Virus record (IMG/VR): IMGVR_UViG_3300025728_000009
Coordinates: 27,286 to 91,285 of that record
Length of the DNA stretch: 64,000 bases
DNA from: a virus
Strand: one strand, 5' to 3'
Every line of letters starts with the position of its first letter. Within the stretch, counting starts at the first letter, position 1. The position numbers and the translations under genes are program-made. Below are positions 28,399 through 37,068 of this stretch, in pieces. The notes beneath the pieces were generated by a model. The model was not told the origin of the DNA. It saw only the letters and a list, made by a program, of their open reading frames with translations, and ran no database searches.

Positions 28399-28427
28399 TT
28401 GACATAGCTTTGAAAGAAGCCTAAACT
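28399..28427 (+). promoter_or_regulatory. sigma70 promoter for RNA ligase
   Basis: TTGACA-17nt-TAAACT. Confidence 0.75.
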
Positions 28428-28428
28428 G

Positions 28429-28467
28429 AGGACCAGAGCATCTCTGCCTTGGTCCTTTTCTTTGTTT
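28429..28467 (+). terminator. intrinsic terminator after nrdB
   Basis: AGGACCA...TGGTCCT stem then TTTCTTTGTTT. Confidence 0.7.
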
Positions 28468-28484
28468 AAAATAGGAGAAATATT

Positions 28485-30464
28485 ATGGAATTCAAACGCT
28501 TCAGTTCACTAGAGAATAGCTACCGTCAGAACCTCATTGACAAAGTTCAATATGAAGGTAAAGATGGTGGTCTGTGGATGGCTACCGAAAAGCTACACGG
28601 CTGCTTTCAGGATAAGACCAAAGTAACTCTACCTGATGGCAGTTATAAGACTATTCAAGAAATTGTAGAGTCCAAATACAGTGGTGAGGTTCTGGGTGTA
28701 GATAAAGAAGGCAAGCTTGTCCCAACCAAAGTTGTTAACTGGTATGAAAACGGGAATACAACTGAGTGGCTTAAAGTAACCTTCCAGACTTATGGTGGTA
28801 AGGGCGGTAACAGTCGTGCTGTAAAATGTACACCAAACCATAAGTTCTTTTCTCAAGGACAATATCTACCAATGTCGGAGTTGGTTGTTGGAGACTCTGT
28901 GGAGTACACCTATTCCGGTTGCTCTTTGAGTTTTATTCAAGAGCAAGTTCTCATTGGTAAGATGCTAGGAGATGGTTCTCTGACAAACTCCTCTGTGGCT
29001 TTTGGTCATAAAGAGTTGCACGAGGACTATACTGATTTTACCCTTAAATGTCTTGGTTCCTTGGCAGGTAAACGTCAGGCTGATACAATGTCGGGATATG
29101 GCACAACCATCAGCCGTGGTCGTAGTATCTCTACAGAAGAAATTGATAAGCTGTTTGAATCGTGGAGTAAGTCTGTTGGTCATGTGCCCAAACTCACTTT
29201 GACGCCAATTAGTCTTGCTTTCTGGTACTTGGATGATGGCAGTGTTTGCTTGAATGACAATCAGAAACCTCGTGCAAGCTTTGCTACCTGTGGTTTTACA
29301 AAAGAGTCTTGTCTTAACTTGAAAGCAAGCCTTGCAAATCTGGGTATTACTTCAGAAGTGAATGGCGAAGAGGGGCGTTTGAGGGTTACTTTGTCAGCAG
29401 ACTCAACAGATTTGTTGTTCTCTTATATTTGCAACTTGGTTCCTGAATCTATGCAGTACAAGTTGCCCCCACAGTTTAGAATTCAAGGGTCTGGTGCAGG
29501 TTTTGTGGAACAAGCTACCCACGATTTCACATCTCGTAAATCTTATGCTGTTATTAAAAGTATTGAACAAGTCTGTGAAGATAAACAGCGGTACGATATC
29601 GAGACTGAAACTCACAACTACTTTGCCAACAATCTGCACGTACATAATTGTAACTTTAGCTTCTGGTGTGATGGTAAGGAAGTAAAGTTTGCATCTCGTA
29701 CACAGTTTGTTGATGGGACATTCTTTAATTGTCAAGCCGTTATGAATCAGTATTCCCAAGGCGTACTTGATGGATTCCCATACTTCGCTAAAGAAGGTCA
29801 GATACTGGTAATTTATGGGGAGTTGTTTGGTGGTAACATTCAGAAAGAAGTAGAGTACGGAGAGAAAGACTTTAAAGCTTTCGATGTTGTAATTGACGGA
29901 CAACCCGTTCAAAAACAATCGGCAATTAATATTGCAGACTCTTGTGGTATTGAGTTTGTCCCTGTCATCCATACTGGTACATTAGCCGAGTGTTTAACTC
30001 TGTCAAACACGTTTAAGTCCACATTGACACCAGAGGGTTACAAAGAAGAGAACACGTCTGAAGGCTTGGTAATTGAGCCTGTAGAGCCTAATTGGTTTAA
30101 CAATGGAAGTCGTATCTACTTCAAAAATAAGACAGAAGGGTTTAGTGAGAAGAAACGTAAACCAAAAGAACATATTGTGTTTGAGTTGTCTGATGAAGAA
30201 TCAGAGTTGATGAATGAGCTTCTGACTTACAACACTATTCAACGTGTGTCTAATGTAATCAGCAAGATTGGTCAAGTAACCAATAAAGACTTTGGTAAGA
30301 TTCTTGGCCTCACTACACAAGACTTGCTTGAAGAGTTCACCAAGGAAACTGAACAAGATCCTAAGCAGATTGCTGAAAGTAATTGGAAATCTTTCCTGAA
30401 GCTGCTACAATCAGAAGTAGGTAAAGAGGTTCGTAGTCAATTTGTTGTGGCTTTGGAGGATTGA
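28485..30464 (+). CDS. rnl2: Rnl2-family RNA ligase precursor containing an intein (mature ~310 aa)
   Basis: EKLHG|CNFS motif I split by intein; ASR, YGELFG..IQK.V.Y, FKAFDV, EGLVI, FKNK. Confidence 0.9.
   Translation: MEFKRFSSLENSYRQNLIDKVQYEGKDGGLWMATEKLHGCFQDKTKVTLPDGSYKTIQEIVESKYSGEVLGVDKEGKLVPTKVVNWYENGNTTEWLKVTFQTYGGKGGNSRAVKCTPNHKFFSQGQYLPMSELVVGDSVEYTYSGCSLSFIQEQVLIGKMLGDGSLTNSSVAFGHKELHEDYTDFTLKCLGSLAGKRQADTMSGYGTTISRGRSISTEEIDKLFESWSKSVGHVPKLTLTPISLAFWYLDDGSVCLNDNQKPRASFATCGFTKESCLNLKASLANLGITSEVNGEEGRLRVTLSADSTDLLFSYICNLVPESMQYKLPPQFRIQGSGAGFVEQATHDFTSRKSYAVIKSIEQVCEDKQRYDIETETHNYFANNLHVHNCNFSFWCDGKEVKFASRTQFVDGTFFNCQAVMNQYSQGVLDGFPYFAKEGQILVIYGELFGGNIQKEVEYGEKDFKAFDVVIDGQPVQKQSAINIADSCGIEFVPVIHTGTLAECLTLSNTFKSTLTPEGYKEENTSEGLVIEPVEPNWFNNGSRIYFKNKTEGFSEKKRKPKEHIVFELSDEESELMNELLTYNTIQRVSNVISKIGQVTNKDFGKILGLTTQDLLEEFTKETEQDPKQIAESNWKSFLKLLQSEVGKEVRSQFVVALED
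28602..29648 (+). mobile_element. 349-aa intein with LAGLIDADG endonuclease
   Basis: block A CFQDKTKV, block B CTPNHKF, LIGKMLGDGS and LAFWYLDDGS, block F YDIET..HNYFAN, terminal VHN, +1 Cys. Confidence 0.95.
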
Positions 30465-30643
30465 AAATGAAAGGTTATGAAGACATTGCGGCCACTCTCG
30501 CCCTACTAATTGTTGTACTTGTAGGTGGTTACGTGTATCTAAACAGCGAAGTAATCAAACAACAAAGAGAAGAGTTACGTACAGCACCAAAGAAACATGT
30601 AGAGTCGAAGACTTTCGAGTCGTTGGTAAAAGTCACTGAATAA
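30461..30643 (+). CDS. small membrane-anchored protein
   Basis: one hydrophobic helix; GGAGG SD. Confidence 0.6.
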   Translation: MKMKGYEDIAATLALLIVVLVGGYVYLNSEVIKQQREELRTAPKKHVESKTFESLVKVTE

Positions 30644-30656
30644 CTTTATTCAAGAC

Positions 30657-30690
30657 AAAAGAAAGCCCGAGAGACTCACGTCCTCGGGCT
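30657..30690 (-). terminator. terminator where the two arms converge
   Basis: AGCCCGAG-GAC-GTGA-GTC-T-CTCGGGCT then TTCTTTT on minus. Confidence 0.8.
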
Positions 30691-30745
30691 TAATCATATC
30701 TGAGATAAGCTGTTGGCTCAGCTTTCTGTGCCTAGTGGCTTCTTA

Positions 30746-31102
30746 TTATTGTTCTTTGCCGCTGTATATAACAGCGTTAGAATTATTATTGTTTATAATC
30801 TTTGGATTATTTTTGTATGTTGATTGCATGGTTTTCATCTGCATCTCAAGTATATATACACGTTGATCCGTACTCACTTGATAATCATCTTGCCTTTCAG
30901 AAACCTTATTCAACCTTGTCTCTAGATAATCCACATTATTAGCTACGACTTTCATAACCTCTTGCTGAACCAAAGTGAGCTTCTGAGCATAATTATTAGC
31001 TCCAGCATTCTCACTTGCGTTATTCATCAAGATTGTTATTAGAATTGTAGATAAAAGAAGGTAGGCTATTGTCCCTGCTCGATCCAGTATTTTCCAAAAC
31101 AA
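30746..31102 (-). CDS. membrane-anchored coiled-coil protein (lysis region)
   Basis: N-terminal TM; GGAGG SD. Confidence 0.7.
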   Translation of the reverse strand: MFWKILDRAGTIAYLLLSTILITILMNNASENAGANNYAQKLTLVQQEVMKVVANNVDYLETRLNKVSERQDDYQVSTDQRVYILEMQMKTMQSTYKNNPKIINNNNSNAVIYSGKEQ

Positions 31103-31115
31103 CTAGACCTCCGAC

Positions 31116-31397
31116 TTACTTCCGTGATTTTAAAGTTCCGAAATACAAATCAAGCCTCGCCAAGAGGTCGGATCGCATCCCTTCAATATTAGTAACCAAT
31201 CTTTGCTCTGTATCCTTGAGCTGCTGATTACTTACTTTGTCTGTATAGAGGAATAGCACTCTACTTTCTAACTCTTTGTTTTGTGTTCGGATGTCTTGAA
31301 TAACAAGAATGCCAAGGGCCATCACAACTGAGATAAGACCTAACGCGAGCCTTTCCCACAAAGCAGAAATACGATTGTTCGCGCTATCATTTGACAT
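31116..31397 (-). CDS. single-TM protein (holin/antiholin-like candidate)
   Basis: start moved to MSNDS; one TM plus coiled coil. Confidence 0.6.
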   Translation of the reverse strand: MSNDSANNRISALWERLALGLISVVMALGILVIQDIRTQNKELESRVLFLYTDKVSNQQLKDTEQRLVTNIEGMRSDLLARLDLYFGTLKSRK

Positions 31398-31677
31398 TGT
31401 ATAATCCCATCTGAGCCTTCTTATTCTTGCGGATAGCTTCCATCTGCTTTTCCCACAAACCAATACAACCAACATTCTTGTTTTGTGCAAGAGCTAGATC
31501 AATCAGACTTTCACCAGCAGGCTTAGCTTTGCAAGGGCTGGCCAACAAAGCATCACTTGGAAACACATTCACTATCGGTTGGGTAGACGGCACAGTATCC
31601 CTCCCGAAGCATCCCGATAAGACTAGTAGAGAGCATCCCATCATCAGGCAACACATTAGTTTCTTTAAGGTTTTCAT
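31387..31677 (-). CDS. o-spanin (Rz1-like lipoprotein)
   Basis: lipobox LSGC; Pro/Cys pattern; overlaps i-spanin in another frame. Confidence 0.8.
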   Translation of the reverse strand: MKTLKKLMCCLMMGCSLLVLSGCFGRDTVPSTQPIVNVFPSDALLASPCKAKPAGESLIDLALAQNKNVGCIGLWEKQMEAIRKNKKAQMGLYNVK

Positions 31678-31993
31678 TCTTAATTATCTCTTGTTTTACA
31701 TGAGGCTTTCTTAGCTGCTCAATCTTGTCAGATACTTCGTTAGTTTTAGTTTCTGCTACTTTCTTCTCAGCCTCAACTTCAACCACCGAAGCACTATCTG
31801 TTTCACAAGACAAATGCTTCAAGTTGAGGGACTTTTCATACTCTGCAATCGTTTCCTTGGATTCTTTGAGTGCGTATATAGCCACAGCTTTATCGTTACT
31901 GAGAGAGTAGGAAAGATAGCCAAATCCTAAAGTGCTTATAGATAAGCCAAGGATGATGTAGAACGTTATTGAATTGAATAGGTTGAACATCAT
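31553..31993 (-). CDS. i-spanin (Rz-like)
   Basis: N-terminal TM, coiled coil, C-terminal Cys; overlaps lipoprotein gene. Confidence 0.78.
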   Translation of the reverse strand: MMFNLFNSITFYIILGLSISTLGFGYLSYSLSNDKAVAIYALKESKETIAEYEKSLNLKHLSCETDSASVVEVEAEKKVAETKTNEVSDKIEQLRKPHVKQEIIKNENLKETNVLPDDGMLSTSLIGMLREGYCAVYPTDSECVSK

Positions 31994-32010
31994 CCTTTCC
32001 TTATTATCTA

Positions 32011-33306
32011 TTAGGTTTCCATCAACCCGCTAATCCAAAGATTAGAAAGTGCAAAATCCCACTGAGACATGTCTATTTGCACATGGCCGATATGAACGTG
32101 TAACTTACCTGCCGGTGTTTGGTCGAGCGCGGTAAACCCCCTATCAAAATAAAACCCCATGTCTGTTGGAGTACCTACCGGAATAGAGCCGTCAGACAGT
32201 TTACGGAATTTAACTTGAAATCCTGTACCAGTAGACGCAAGTACCAGCGGCACATAGTCTACAGCAGCATTACCATAAGCCGTTACAACAGGCTGCACAT
32301 TACCATTGATAGTAGGGTGAGTTACTGTTAAAATCCCCGTACCTGTATCATAGGTAGATGTAATAAGAGAGTTGAACGGGGAGTTTGATGTCCCCCACAC
32401 AGACCCAGTGTAGTTAATCCTGCCAGCCATACGACGCAAGAGGAAGAGAGTTGTCAACCCAGAAGAAGGTGTTCTGACATCAAAGGGTATCCTAAGTTCA
32501 GCAGAAGAACTATCTGTGTAAGCTTGAACAATAGCCTTGAGGTTTGTTTGCAGTTGAGGGTGTGTAATAGTAATCAACCCACTTCCTGCCACAGATACAC
32601 TAAAGCGGCTAGCACCAAAGAACCTGGAGTCTGGTGTAATAGTGTTGGTTGCAAGGTCGATTGTAAATGAACAAGGAACACCAGCCCTAACAAATGCTTG
32701 TGTAGCGCCTACAGATCCGCCCACAGTCACACCGCAGGCCGCCGCCCGCTCATCTGGTGCAACAATCAAGGTGCCGATTTTACTACCTAGATAATCCAAC
32801 TCAAGTTCTGTGCCACCAACAACACCTGTAAAATTTACTGGGATGTGGGCGCTGTCACTAATTATCTGCCAGTTGGGGTTGATCGCTGTATCCCGACGCA
32901 CTGTTGCAGCAATGACGTTGTACTTCTTATCATCATTACCTTTTACCTTATCATCTTCTAAGGATGTAACTCGTGTTGCCAAGGAGTTGCTAGAAGGGAT
33001 CTCAGCCCAAGACCCGGAGTACAGCCACCTTTTCCCAGTAGTTGTTTCATTAACCTCCATACCACTTTGAGGGGTAATAAATAGCCAAGATCCACCAATT
33101 CTTACGTAGAACTTATTGTCAGTCGTAAGTACAACAGAGTTCCCCTCACTTGGACTACCCGGAAGGGCTGCTACAAACGAATCAACAGCTCCCTTTCCGA
33201 GAAAAGAGAGGGCTTTGAAGTTAGAGTTGATAGGATCACCCCAGCTAGCCTCACCAGTAGTCCAACCATAGTTAATGCCGAAAAACGGACTTGTAGTAGC
33301 TGGCAT
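32011..33306 (-). CDS. tail fibre / receptor-binding protein
   Basis: N-terminal module shared with 34101..35756; beta-rich body with repeated G..T.THP. Confidence 0.7.
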   Translation of the reverse strand: MPATTSPFFGINYGWTTGEASWGDPINSNFKALSFLGKGAVDSFVAALPGSPSEGNSVVLTTDNKFYVRIGGSWLFITPQSGMEVNETTTGKRWLYSGSWAEIPSSNSLATRVTSLEDDKVKGNDDKKYNVIAATVRRDTAINPNWQIISDSAHIPVNFTGVVGGTELELDYLGSKIGTLIVAPDERAAACGVTVGGSVGATQAFVRAGVPCSFTIDLATNTITPDSRFFGASRFSVSVAGSGLITITHPQLQTNLKAIVQAYTDSSSAELRIPFDVRTPSSGLTTLFLLRRMAGRINYTGSVWGTSNSPFNSLITSTYDTGTGILTVTHPTINGNVQPVVTAYGNAAVDYVPLVLASTGTGFQVKFRKLSDGSIPVGTPTDMGFYFDRGFTALDQTPAGKLHVHIGHVQIDMSQWDFALSNLWISGLMET

Positions 33307-33558
33307 TTAGCCTCCTTGATTCTCTTCTAAATTATCAGTGGTGAATTGTTTAATGAACTTACCCACTGTGCCAAGACTGGCTACAACACCCATTGCGATA
33401 ATAATATAAACGGGACTTAGGGAAACCAGACCCATACCAAAAGCTAAACTTACACCATAAGACAATGCGATAAGAATGTTGGCCACTAGACTTAAGAAAG
33501 AATAAGTACGAAGGTGTTGTTTTGGGTTATCAACTAATTTTGGTTTACTTAATTTCAT
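33307..33558 (-). CDS. putative holin (2 TM; pinholin candidate)
   Basis: 83 aa, two hydrophobic helices, charged tail, overlaps endolysin. Confidence 0.65.
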   Translation of the reverse strand: MKLSKPKLVDNPKQHLRTYSFLSLVANILIALSYGVSLAFGMGLVSLSPVYIIIAMGVVASLGTVGKFIKQFTTDNLEENQGG

Positions 33559-34096
33559 TTACTAAATCCTTTACTTCTTGTGGGACATCACCTATACACC
33601 ATTTCCATTCTTTAGTTGCTCTGTTGATCAAACCATTCATGATAACCTTTTTACCTTCAGAGTTTTTTCCATGAACCCATTTGGTCAATTCATCACAAAC
33701 AAGCTCATGTTTACCGGCATTGAAATATCTAAGCATGGTGCTTGACTGTAAGTTTCCAATACCCTTGTTGAAGGTGAAGTCTAGCAATGCTCCATATTCC
33801 CAATCTGATTTAAACGGAACTTTAGTCACTGAGCGAAGTTGTTTGTCATGTTTGATAAGATCTTCAGCAAATTTCTGAATGCATTGATCGTAAGTGAGGT
33901 TTTGACCAAGTTTAACGTCCGGTCCAGTGTGACCTAGACAATTCGTGGGCACGCCACCGGTATCTAGATAGGTCTTTAATACTGGTTGCCCATTGGGTGC
34001 TTCAGAGGGAGCAGTTAAGAAGGCACCAGCCAAAGCCAAGGAGCTAGCAAGACCAACCCCAAGAAGCTTTTTATACAAATTAGAGTTGGTGCTCAT
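33545..34096 (-). CDS. SAR endolysin, lysozyme (GH24)
   Basis: Gly/Ala-rich N-terminal anchor; E...YLDTGGVPT.C.GHT; ALLDFTFN.G.G...SSTM; GL.NR..E. Confidence 0.9.
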   Translation of the reverse strand: MSTNSNLYKKLLGVGLASSLALAGAFLTAPSEAPNGQPVLKTYLDTGGVPTNCLGHTGPDVKLGQNLTYDQCIQKFAEDLIKHDKQLRSVTKVPFKSDWEYGALLDFTFNKGIGNLQSSTMLRYFNAGKHELVCDELTKWVHGKNSEGKKVIMNGLINRATKEWKWCIGDVPQEVKDLVNEIK

Positions 34097-34100
34097 TATC

Positions 34101-35756
34101 TTAATTCCCTCTTTGTACTGCACATGAAAGTGTACCGGATGACAAGTCTACAGGAGAGCCACTAAGATTGAGCAGTGTCACAGTTACAGTGTCTGTTGCA
34201 GTAACTGCTGCCACCATTACCAGACCACCAATATCTAAACTGAAAGAGGCTGTGGCTTTATCTGTGAGCTTGGCACCACTAACTGTAACTGTAGTCTGAG
34301 CTATTGCACCAGATGCAATGGAAGGTGGATCATAAGTTTTACTACCTGTCAGATAGAGGGCATTGTTACCACCATTTCTGCAACCACGTACAATACTATT
34401 AGTACCTAGGTCTGTAACAACTCCACCAGTATTGCTGCGGTTGAATATCAAATCTGTAGCTGAACAACCTGCTGCACCAACATCAATCAGTACAGTTTTG
34501 TGCCGACCGCCTCTGACTTGGCAGAGTGTAGCTGTTGTACCAAAGATAATCTCGTTGTCAGAGTCACATGAGATAACCTCAATACCACTTCCTAGTGCAT
34601 AAACATCGCCCACACCGTTTGCTTCGAAGTCTGTTCCAAAGAACCGATCACCACTGGCACCTATTGGAGCAAACACACCATACTGTGAACATGCTTCAGA
34701 TGTACCACCAATGAAGATATTCCCCAGAGTGTTGACCAAATGAATCCCTACATCTGGACCTTCAATGATAGGATTAGGGAAGTAACAGTAGGAAGTTTGT
34801 TCATTCACCAAACGCTTGTCTAGCATAACCCCGACTGCTGGCTTAGAGCCCAGATACCAACCTTCTTCGTTAACTGAGACTGCAACATCAATTTCAGTAC
34901 ATACGGCAAACTCAACAAGTACACCGGCTGATGCAGTACCAGCACCACGAACCGAAGCACCGATTTTAGAGTGGTGAACACCGCGAACGTAAACAGCATT
35001 CAGTGCAGTAGATGGACACTCAATGATGAATTTATTTCCCGCACCAAACTTCATGTTATACACAAGATCAGGAGCTGTTGGGCCAGCATCAAGAATTACT
35101 GCATTACCCACGCCGGAATATCGTAAGCGAACTTCGCCGCGAGCCTCAATCATCGAATCTTGAATAGCCCAGTTTGGAGAGACTGTATATTCGTAGATTC
35201 CAGCAGGGAATACGAGAAGTGTTGGAGTTGTTTGAGCAGCAATGTAGTTACGTGCTGCAAGAAAGGCTGCGTCCCAGTCGAGTTGTCCAACCACTTTAAA
35301 ATCAATAATGCTGATTTCTTCACGAAGTCGGTCAAAGACTTTACGCCCCAAGAAACCAATTTTGTTGGCTCCCTTAGCGACATCTGTAGAGTTATTTAGA
35401 TTTGATTCTAAGTTAGCTACGGTTGTGGACAGATCAGTATTGCTGGGGATAAGAAGAAGTGAAGTACCGTTAAACTGGTAATATTGACCAGTGGTTCTCA
35501 AAGTCACCACAAACCATTTAGGTGTTGGACTAGAATACCGCTGGCCACCTACATCAAAATAAAGTCTATTATCTGTAGTGTTAAAATGAGCTGTGCCAGT
35601 TGAATAGGCTGGAAGGGTGGCTGTAATACTGTCAATGTTTTTATCAAACATGTAGGAGAACTTGACAAGGTTTTCATCCATCCCCAAGTTCCAGTTTGAC
35701 TCCCCAAGAGCCCACCCAAATTTCCCCTCTAAGAAGGGCGATGTTTGTTGAGTCAT
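34101..35756 (-). CDS. tailspike / depolymerase-like RBP with pectin-lyase-type beta-helix
   Basis: DRLRE.ISIIDF...DWDAAF.AA...L.FPAG.Y helix-cap motif followed by beta-helix-like repeats. Confidence 0.8.
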   Translation of the reverse strand: MTQQTSPFLEGKFGWALGESNWNLGMDENLVKFSYMFDKNIDSITATLPAYSTGTAHFNTTDNRLYFDVGGQRYSSPTPKWFVVTLRTTGQYYQFNGTSLLLIPSNTDLSTTVANLESNLNNSTDVAKGANKIGFLGRKVFDRLREEISIIDFKVVGQLDWDAAFLAARNYIAAQTTPTLLVFPAGIYEYTVSPNWAIQDSMIEARGEVRLRYSGVGNAVILDAGPTAPDLVYNMKFGAGNKFIIECPSTALNAVYVRGVHHSKIGASVRGAGTASAGVLVEFAVCTEIDVAVSVNEEGWYLGSKPAVGVMLDKRLVNEQTSYCYFPNPIIEGPDVGIHLVNTLGNIFIGGTSEACSQYGVFAPIGASGDRFFGTDFEANGVGDVYALGSGIEVISCDSDNEIIFGTTATLCQVRGGRHKTVLIDVGAAGCSATDLIFNRSNTGGVVTDLGTNSIVRGCRNGGNNALYLTGSKTYDPPSIASGAIAQTTVTVSGAKLTDKATASFSLDIGGLVMVAAVTATDTVTVTLLNLSGSPVDLSSGTLSCAVQRGN

Positions 35757-35765
35757 ATTAAATCC

Positions 35766-36134
35766 TTATTTCTTGTCTGGGGCAGTTGGTCGAGACTCTT
35801 TGTTAGGGAACCCAGTGGTCTCAGGAAGCCCACGAAGAAGCTTCCTATATTCCCGCCATTCAGCCACAGTCCCCTTGGCTTTAGGATCAGAGTCCTGAAC
35901 CTTATTAAGCTCAGAATCGGCCCTAACAAGCTCTGCATCTCTCCAAGATTTTTCCCTACTTTCTAGAACTTCTTTTGTTTCTTGTACCCAATAGAAGCCA
36001 CCATTATCATAGGTCATACCAACTCGGGCGTGAGGTGGGGCACTCTTCATAATAAGAGAGGGGTGGTATCTGCCTTCAGGATCAATATCCGTAAGTTCAA
36101 TAACTTTGTCTGAAAGAATAATAGCCCACATATT
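35766..36134 (-). CDS. tail fibre assembly chaperone
   Basis: WRD.EL...D...WREYR..LR.LP...GFP...RP.AP. Confidence 0.8.
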   Translation of the reverse strand, partial: NMWAIILSDKVIELTDIDPEGRYHPSLIMKSAPPHARVGMTYDNGGFYWVQETKEVLESREKSWRDAELVRADSELNKVQDSDPKAKGTVAEWREYRKLLRGLPETTGFPNKESRPTAPDKK

Positions 36135-37042
36135 TACCACCTAATAATCACAAGACCGTTTTTACCAGCGCCACCAGCAGCACCGCCTGTACCACCACTA
36201 CCACCGCATCCAAAACCGGTTGCGACAAGACCTGTGAGAGTTCCACCTTCTACTGAGGCACCGCCGCCATCACCACCACCTTTACCGCTGATAGTTGTAG
36301 TGGTGAAAGTTGCTCGTTGGAAGCCCGGACCTTTGGTGTCGTTAACATCACCACCAATACCGACACCACCATCACCACGATCTTGTCCAGATGCAGAAGT
36401 GGCCCCAAGACCACCAGTAGCACTACAGAAAGCACCAAAAGAAGAGTTACCACCAGATTGTGCAGGAGTTCCCCCACCAACTGTCGCTCCATTACCACCA
36501 GCACCAACTGTCACTGAAACGGATGTTACTCCAGTAAGATCTTGTAGTTTTGTGGCAATGCCGCCTGCACCACCACCACCACCTGCTGTAGCGTTTGAAC
36601 CACCACCAGCACCGCCTGCAAGTACATACACCTCTGCTTTTTTAAGGCCAAGTTTGAGGATAGAAGGAACAGTCCAACTTGAAACACCTGCTGTAGAAAA
36701 GACAACAAGGCCCGGTTTCAATACATCTGCCCAATATGTTTCGGGAGTATCTGTAGTCGGGTTTTGGTTTGTATTAGTTTGCACTGCTACATAGAGCTTA
36801 CCATTACCACCTGTCACATAAGACTTACCAGCTTGGTATTCAGTTACAGAATCCCAAACAGCAATACCATGTTGCAGAACGTGAGCAATAGCTTGGTCTT
36901 GGCGATTCTGTGACCAGTTTTCCCATTGGTAAGGTGGTACTTCGGCAGTCCACCCTGTTTGAATTTTTACATTACTAGGTGCAACAATAGCACCACCAGA
37001 GGACCAGATATACTGGTAGTCGGGTTTCGATAGCTCAGCCAA
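36134..37042 (-). CDS. glycine-rich tail fibre protein
   Basis: KIQTGW..EVPP.QWENW N-terminus; GGGGGAGG repeats; ends GLVIIRW. Confidence 0.82.
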   Translation of the reverse strand: MAELSKPDYQYIWSSGGAIVAPSNVKIQTGWTAEVPPYQWENWSQNRQDQAIAHVLQHGIAVWDSVTEYQAGKSYVTGGNGKLYVAVQTNTNQNPTTDTPETYWADVLKPGLVVFSTAGVSSWTVPSILKLGLKKAEVYVLAGGAGGGSNATAGGGGGAGGIATKLQDLTGVTSVSVTVGAGGNGATVGGGTPAQSGGNSSFGAFCSATGGLGATSASGQDRGDGGVGIGGDVNDTKGPGFQRATFTTTTISGKGGGDGGGASVEGGTLTGLVATGFGCGGSGGTGGAAGGAGKNGLVIIRW

Positions 37043-37068
37043 AGTGGACTTCCTTAAATTTAAATAGA

